52,307 nt of DNA from an uncultured bacterium (GTDB taxonomy: Bacteria; Auribacterota; Erginobacteria; Erginobacterales; Erginobacteraceae). Under the pieces are notes generated by a model, which saw only the letters and a list, made by a program, of their open reading frames with translations, had not been told where the DNA came from and searched no databases. Below, in pieces: positions 46,064-52,307 of this stretch. The first letter of the stretch is position 1. Each line of letters opens with the position of its first letter. Location: assembly GCA_963822585.1 (NCBI GenBank), contig CAWGIE010000014.1, forward strand, positions 1 through 52,307, given 5' to 3'. Position numbers and translations under genes: made by a program.

Positions 46064-46086
46064 TTCGTCTTTCGAGGTGCAACGAT

Positions 46087-47144
46087 TTACTCGTTAGTGA
46101 AACCCACGACCGGACAATTCACGAAATTGCCAGTCGTCCTAACCGGTCCTCCGCCGGGACTTACCAAGAGACCTGCTTCGCTCTTGGCTAGAAGATCGTC
46201 ACCGTCAGTAATAAGTTTTCGTTGTTTCTTTTTGATAGTCCCTTGGGTCCACTCGGCCAGCTGCACATCCCACATCAGTGAATATCCGGGACTGATCTCC
46301 TTGAAGTCCGCGAGAACGTCGAGTGAGGGGCCATCGCCCCTGAGCGCACTGTTGAGTCCTTGCCGATCAGGGTCGTTGCGACCTGTTTTGCCATTTACGA
46401 TTGTGTAAATGATTTGCGTTGCGCCGCTTTTCAGGATGTCGCTTTCGGCAGGTGCAAAGGTAGACGCCTCGAGCGTTGCCGATTTCTCAGAGTTGGCATC
46501 GAAGCTGAGGTATCGCAAGTGCTTGCCGTCCGCAAAGCCGAAGCGCAGCTTCAAGTCGACTGTGCCGTTGGCCGGGCAAATTTTCGCCACCGAATCGGTT
46601 ACAATCGAGTAATCGGGGTTGCCGTCGCAGAACGAGATCTTTCTCTGGTCCGACATTGAACGCGATTATGGGAGCGTTGAAAACAATGTCGTTGCGGTTT
46701 GCTACTCGAACCAGCGGGCTATAGTGCGCGTCTCCGACAGACCCGGCTCGCGCCAACTTAGGCGGAAAGAAATTTGGTGTCTCTCCTGCCGTCAACCTTT
46801 GAACTGGTGAGAAATTAACCCGCCCCGATTTGAAGGTGAAGTTGTTAAACTCATCCATTTCGGCAACTCGCGTGCTCGCGAGGTTTTTGCCTCCCCGAGG
46901 CTCGGTGCCCACGTAAGGCCCATCTTCTTGGAAGTATCCAAATCACTTACATCGGTCAGAACGAACCAAACAGTCTCTCCGGAGGAAAGGTGACCGCGAT
47001 GGAGCGGCAATCTTATTACTTCTCTTTTAAGATCCACTTGGCCTGATGTGAGGAATAGTTTTGTGATTCTCTTTTCGGTGAATGCCGGTGATGAGGGCAA
47101 ATCGTAATTGCCGCCGCCGCTACCCTCATAATTCCACGAGACAT
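46087..47144 (-). pseudogene. Copy 2 of the ~360-aa secreted protein (inverted duplication), with frameshifts and a deletion in the signal region
   Basis: Colinear with 28092-29181; the shared 3' flank atcgttgcacctcgaaagacgaattag ends at 46060. Confidence 0.85.
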
Positions 47145-47794
47145 ACGGCTCTCCTTTCCTTCCCCTCGAAAAATGCTCTCGACACTGAGCGCGTGCGTGC
47201 TCCGTGAGGCAGGTACTTGAAAATTGTCTCGAGATCGTCCGGATCATAGATCGGCAAGCGCGCCTCGAGACAACTTCCAAGTCATAGATCATCTGCGCAA
47301 TCCGAGGGTCCTCAATATGTGCCAAATCTTCTCGATCTATATCTCATCGCCAACGCGACAAATGTCGTCATCGAGCGACGAGTTGCGAATAGAACGCCGA
47401 TCGTCCAAATCGATACAAAAAATGCGGAGCAAGTGTAGAACTCACGATATCGCGTAGCCTAAATGGCAAGCCAAGGGCAGTTGAAACCCGCGCATTTGCT
47501 TACGAGTGTGATGGACATCACTAAACGGAAAATAGGATTAGATTTCTCAGCTAAACCACATGTTGCAGAATGGAGCTGTTTGCTATGCACGACGAAACAC
47601 ACGAGACATGGGTCAGGGAAAACAATGCAGCCACCGCGCGCCCCCAAGGCAATGTCAAGATTTCTAAAGAGCGGGTTTTTGTCGAAGTGGTTCGAACAAT
47701 TCGAGAGGAAGCCCCTTCGCGCAATCAAAAATATCTAGCGGATGCTCGGTGGAAGCGCATCGTCTGGATCACAAAGAAAGCAAATGAGAAGTTC

Positions 47795-48013
47795 ATGCGT
47801 CCGGCGATTGTTTCTTTCGCCGCCGCGCTCGTTCTTGCAGTCGGCGCTTCGGCTGTACAAGCAGCGACCGTATTTGGCTTTCCTTACAAGGGTGCTCTTA
47901 GAATTCAGGTGCCGGATTCTCCGAGCGCGACCGCTCCTCGATATTCGATAAAGAACCATGCTGAGAAACCAAAACAGCGCAATGGGCGGGCCAAAAACAA
48001 TCAACACCGCTAG
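47795..48013 (+). CDS. Small secreted hypothetical protein
   Basis: Clear signal peptide MRPAIVSFAAALVLAVGASAVQA then ATVFGFPYKG and a basic tail. Confidence 0.6.
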   Translation: MRPAIVSFAAALVLAVGASAVQAATVFGFPYKGALRIQVPDSPSATAPRYSIKNHAEKPKQRNGRAKNNQHR

Positions 48014-48170
48014 GAAAAACCTAAGTGGGTTTACAACTGCCGGAAGCATGTTCAGCATTCCGTGCGCCTCGGCTGGGCGACACCATGCACAACAGCCACG
48101 GGTCGACGTTGGACAGCGGCGCTGCTGCATCGGGTGCCGATCCTCAAAGTACATGTCGCGGAGTTGAGAC

Positions 48171-48360
48171 ATGAAACTCATCACCATGGCAGTAGCAACA
48201 GGCGCGATTATAATCGACGTTGGGCCGTCCTCGGCGAAATATGACTCGGACGTCGGTTCAAGAATCACATGAAGAAAATATGGATTTTCCCCAGCGAAAT
48301 GCGAGGATATGAGTATCGCTGATGTAGCGAGCGGATCGCACGACGCCTAACAATTCATCG
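48171..48360 (+). pseudogene. Degraded copy of the small two-Cys secreted protein
   Basis: GGAG RBS, MKLITMAVATGAIIIDVGPSSAKYDSD / FKNHMKKIWIF..GYE / IADV..S.DA aligns with AKYDCD..FRAHMAKM..GYQLADA..SLEA. Confidence 0.65.
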
Positions 48361-48544
48361 AGTTGTGATGGCTTCTCGCTGCAAGGCATCCGGGATCAGA
48401 TTTGAAGCCGGCCATGGTTGGCCCACCTGCCGGCTTATTTTTGACCTATGCGCACAGGGACGGCACGCGAAGCTTAATTGCGCGCTCCTCACGCGTCCTA
48501 TTGGAGTGCGTGCACGGTGAGACACCCATAGCCTCCAGCCTCCA

Positions 48545-48817
48545 TCAAGGATTTCTTCCGGTTTTCGCGGCCATGTCAGCTTCGATCTGTTCCCATATGC
48601 CGCGTGGCGAAAAATCGTCCCCCGCCTTACAGGAATCATAGGCTTCCAACGACTTGTGTAAAGCATCCGCAAGTTGATATCCAACCGCCCTTTCGATTAA
48701 AGCGGACATCTTCGCCATATGAGCCCTGAAGGCTTTATCACAATCGTATTTCGCGGAAGTGGATTGCGAGAGCGCTGTGAGCGTGATCAAAAATGTCGCT
48801 AGCCCGATCATCTTCAT
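48545..48817 (-). CDS. Small secreted two-Cys protein (copy 2, intact)
   Basis: YDCDKAFRAHMAKM..GYQLADALHKSLEAYDSCKAGDDFSPRGIWEQIE, colinear with copy 1. Confidence 0.8.
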   Translation of the reverse strand: MKMIGLATFLITLTALSQSTSAKYDCDKAFRAHMAKMSALIERAVGYQLADALHKSLEAYDSCKAGDDFSPRGIWEQIEADMAAKTGRNP

Positions 48818-48879
48818 CCTGATTGCGTCGTAAGGCGTCTCCATGCACGCGTACGTTAATTACTCAGCTTGAACGACGG

Positions 48880-48904
48880 GTCCGAAAGTGGTCGCCAGCA
48901 GTCC
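48880..48904 (-). promoter_or_regulatory. Repeated 25-bp motif upstream of small protein copy 2
   Basis: Minus strand reads ggactgctggcgaccactttcggac. Confidence 0.62.
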
Positions 48905-49778
48905 TGAAATCTGCTTGTCGGAGGCAGATCTCACTGAATTACTGGTCGATTGCGGAATGCGCGATGATCCCAGGACAGTACCTTTAAGTCGCTTAAAATG
49001 ACATCGACGTAGATACCCGCTTCTTTGTTGTCGAGATATTTTCCGGTGCGCGGGCGCTCAGTCCCGTTTTTGTTGCGTCACCCGATACTGCTCGTGTGGA
49101 AGACGGAATATGGCTCGCTCATCTCCAAAGTATTTCGTCATGCACGCCTCTCTTTTGCGACCCCAGAATAGGTGCTCCCGGCGCTATCGCCATATTTGCA
49201 TTACGACAGTGATGTTTTTTCGTTTCTCGTGGCCCTTCAGACTGTTGCTAACGCCTGCCTCGGCGGGATGTGAAATTACGATGCGTGAGCAGGATAAAAT
49301 CAAATTCGGGTAAGCGGCATCACGTTGGAATCTTTCAGACGCACGCGCGACAACCTAGCCCGTCATCGCTCAGAGATGCACTATTGTGCGGATCTCCTGC
49401 CATCGGAGATGCCGCCGCCGCTGGACTAATAGCGGCCGTTTTCGGACGATCTGTTTTCGATACGGCTATATTGGACCCAGTAAGATATAAAACAGGGTTG
49501 AAGAATCCGGTGGCCGCAAAAAGAATTGCGTCGGCTTTGGTCCCGGTCCCTCGGTGGCTGATGTTATCAAATGGCGGAAACAGACGATCGCGCCGATCCG
49601 TAATTCGTATAAGTAATTCGTGTGGTCGTTCTTGGAGCAAAGGATCAAGCCCATCGCTGCGATTGGCTGGCACGGTGCCATTTCGTTGCGTTATGGGACT
49701 GATTGTTAGACGCGATCTTCGTCCGCTACACACGATGTATCGGTTCTCCGCGCCACTTCCTCGAAAGAACAGCCATTC

Positions 49779-50579
49779 ATGGCCGATAATCATCTCATTT
49801 TTTCGGCATCATCGCGGTAATAGTCTCCCGTCAACTTCGCCTCAATCCGATCGTCGGGTATTTGGTCCTCGGAGTGTGCTCGAACTTTTTCAGCCAACCT
49901 TTACTCGGCGACGGAGCGATGGTGGCGACGTTGCCCGAGCTCGGCGTCGTCTTCTTGCTCTTCGATGTCGGGCTCCATTTTTCGTTTGCGCGCGTGCGCG
50001 AGCGCGCCGCGGACATTCTCGGTTTTGGGCCAATTCAGGTCCTGCTTGGCACACTTTTTATGGCTGTACGCGGAAGCGCATACGGCCTTGGGCTGGGTCC
50101 TGCTCTCCTCGTTGGCTTGACGCTGTCTCTTTCATCGACGGCGGTAGTCGCGCGGCTTGTTGCCGAGCGACACCAACAGAATTGTCCCGTTGGGGTGACG
50201 GCGACCACCATCCTAGTCTTTCAGGACATTGCGGCTATCGCTCTGCTAATCGTTGTCTCAACGCTTGGCCACGGCGGGAATTTGTTTCCCGCTATCGGAA
50301 TTGCGTTCTTCAAGGCCGTTCCGGCCATTTCCGTTGCGCTATTCTTATCACGTATTGTCGTTGAGCCGTTACTGACAGCCGTTGTTCGCGCAGAGCGAAG
50401 AAACATTCACCGCAACAGCCCTAATGATAGCGCTCTTCGCCGCGTGGGCGACAGCCTATATCGGATTGTCGCTTTCGCTTGGCGCCTTTCTCGGCGGCAT
50501 GATCCTGTCGGAGACTCCCTATCGCGCGGTGCTGCGATCCGAAGTCATGCCGTTCCGAGGATTGTTGCTGGGTTTCTTC
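49779..50579 (+). pseudogene. Truncated copy of the CPA2/Kef antiporter
   Basis: Same MADNHLIF start; small deletion and frameshifts; similarity ends at PFRGLLLGFF. Confidence 0.88.
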
Positions 50580-50581
50580 GC

Positions 50582-50700
50582 GTTCTGGACCAATCTGGTT
50601 TTTACCCGATCATCGGAGGCGCACCATTTTCTGTTCACCCCGCTTCCCTGGTGGCTGCAAACCACGGCAATCGTCTTCAGTGTGGCCATGCTTGTGCCGG
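50582..50700 (+). pseudogene. Internal fragment of heme-copper oxidase subunit I (CcoN-like)
   Basis: FWTNLVF/YPIIG/AHHFLFTPLPWWLQTTAIVFSVAMLVP: CuB His-His segment. Confidence 0.65.
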
Positions 50701-51133
50701 CGATGGAACGCAGCCGATCGCCGCTCAGGAACTACGCTGCGAGGTTTCGTTCGATACGAGCAGCTTGGCGGACGGGCCTCACAAGCTGACTATCTGCGCT
50801 CAAAACGAGCACGGACACGAAGGTGTCAAGGAAATTTCATTTGTGGTGCATAATGGCCCGGGTATCGGCGTCTCGGGATTGCACCCTCACGCGATATGTC
50901 GCGGCGAGGTCCGGTTCACCGTTGATGCGTTCAGTGTCGATGATCCGTTCGATCCACGCCGCGCTGAGGCACGGTCGTCCATACCGGTCTGGATTTGGGT
51001 GATGACATTGTTTGTCATCGCCTGGGCAGTTTGGTACGCCGCGCGTATGTGGGATGTGCCCGCGAAATTTGCGCATTCACCAACTTATAGCAGCCAGGCG
51101 CTTTCGGATCAGAAGCCGGCGCCGCAGAAGTAA
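50700..51133 (+). pseudogene. 5'-truncated membrane protein with Ig-like domain
   Basis: FDTSSLADGPHKLTI..VHNGPGIGVSGL, C-terminal TM IPVWIWVMTLFVIAWAVWY; no start codon of its own. Confidence 0.55.
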
Positions 51134-51675
51134 CTCCGCTCTGCCATCTGTATAATGGCGCGTGGGAAGAGATCGGAAGCCAATTCGAGAACGTCCCCGT
51201 CAACATGAGGTACATGTTAGAGGCGCCAGCCTTGCAGCGGCGATCGGATGTTTCTCAAGCGACTTCGTCCGCAGGAGTTGTTGCCTTGATGAGACAAATG
51301 AGCTCGGATGACGTAGTTGCGCGCAAAAGCTGCTAATGACCCGCGTAAGAGAAAGTTCCGCTTATATTTGTGGACCGTGCACGAGCCTCACGTCGGAATA
51401 TAAGCGTGAGAGTCCAATTCTCAGAACTTCTGCACAAGCACCGCGCTCCCAAACAAATATCCTCCGCCGCAACCCTGATGGAAAAGGAACCCAGTCGGTT
51501 TATCTAACGGAGAAGCGACCTCAGCTCGCGGAGCTGCTTTTTGGAGTAACTCAGGCGAGAGGTCGAACCAAAGGACATGATTCAGACGATCTGAAACATA
51601 TCTCAGACCACCAGCCCCTGATAGCGAATTAGATATGTGACGAAGTAGTCCAGGCTCGTGAAGGAGATCTCACTC

Positions 51676-51882
51676 ATGTTGGAACTCGTATTTACCGTTT
51701 GCTCTATTGTGCAAGGTGCCAACTGTCACACGTTGCAACCCGTTCGCCTCGAAGAAAATACGATGATGGTTGGTTGCCTCATGGCTTCGCAAATCGAAGG
51801 GGCGAAGTGGGTTTGGACGCATCCCAACTATTACATTTCGAGGGCCACGTGCCAACCGGCCGGCCAATTCGCCAAGCTTTGA
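51676..51882 (+). CDS. Small four-Cys hypothetical protein
   Basis: AAGGAG RBS; MLELVFTVC..C..CLMASQIEGAKW..HPNY..C resembles small alphaproteobacterial hypotheticals (from recall). Confidence 0.7.
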   Translation: MLELVFTVCSIVQGANCHTLQPVRLEENTMMVGCLMASQIEGAKWVWTHPNYYISRATCQPAGQFAKL

Positions 51883-52042
51883 GCCAAGGATTTTTTTACA
51901 TAAGGACGAAACGAATACATCCTGTTGAAAGTACTTCCCACGATGACGTCTTTCGCACATATGTCGGTCTCTCAGGTTTATCTGTCAACGCCGGAGAGAT
52001 TTTGCAGCAGATTGCCGGAGCAAAAGTGCAGCACGGACGCGA

Positions 52043-52080
52043 GCAAGAAGGCCCCCGATATCGGGGGCCTTCTTGCTTTT
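52043..52080 (+). terminator. Strong hairpin inside the IS21 end
   Basis: GCAAGAAGGCCCCC-gatatc-GGGGGCCTTCTTGC followed by TTTT. Confidence 0.7.
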
Positions 52081-52102
52081 CGAGCCTTACACCTGAGCGG
52101 GT

Positions 52103-52307
52103 TCATCGGGTGGTCGGCTCGGCTTTTGGGCGGCGTGACCTGCGCTTTGACTGCGCGAGCCTGAAGCTGTCGCCATTCATTTCCAGAATGTGGACGTGAT
52201 GCGTCAGCCGGTCGAGCAGTGCGCCGGTGAGCCGCTCGGAACCGAACACCGATGTCCACTCGTCGAAGGGCAGGTTGCTGGTGACCAGCGTGCTGCCGCG
52301 CTCGTAT
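52103..52307 (-). CDS. istB: IS21 helper ATPase IstB, C-terminal part
   Basis: [50 protein letters not shown]. Confidence 0.93.
   Translation of the reverse strand, partial: YERGSTLVTSNLPFDEWTSVFGSERLTGALLDRLTHHVHILEMNGDSFRLAQSKRRSRRPKAEPTTR

Larger units (their letters stand above)
51983..52307 (-). mobile_element. Right end of an IS21-family element
   Basis: Terminal TGTCAACGCC with tandem subterminal repeats gccggagagattttgcagca / gccggagcaaaagtgcagca, next to the istB 3' end. Confidence 0.88.

Noticed and set aside
49270..49793. Overlapping ORFs on both strands before the Kef relic
   Set aside because: No recognisable motif or RBS; 49270-50364 is partly a shadow of the Kef copy.
1..52307. 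CRISPR array, tRNA or rRNA
   Set aside because: No regularly spaced repeat-spacer array or structural RNA signature seen; the 25-bp motif is dispersed and degenerate.

Overview
Accessory region of an alphaproteobacterium (Hyphomicrobiales-like, probably a methylotroph given xoxF), ending in an IS21 element. It is a mosaic of duplicated and decaying blocks dominated by redox and stress functions. Regulators: three RclR-type AraC proteins that keep the sensing Cys pair, an ECF sigma factor, and a Ser/Thr kinase-AAA-GAF-PAS-histidine kinase with two response regulators. Other genes: hemA, one intact and two ruined cytochrome P460 genes, xoxF with a nonsense codon, AhpD/CMD, GST, two MDR oxidoreductases, two RidA, DoxX, cytochrome b561, a Kef-type antiporter, CHRD proteins and several secreted proteins I do not recognise. 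The strongest unexplained signal is a 25-bp motif, RGAY-N4-GG-N2-AC-N7-RGAY (half-sites 21 bp apart). It recurs about 13 times, always in the same orientation upstream of a gene. I infer it defines a periplasm-directed regulon of the RclR-like regulators, including a repeated family of ~90-aa two-Cys secreted proteins. Many frameshifts are +1 insertions and may be long-read errors. All family calls are from motif recognition; no database search was run.
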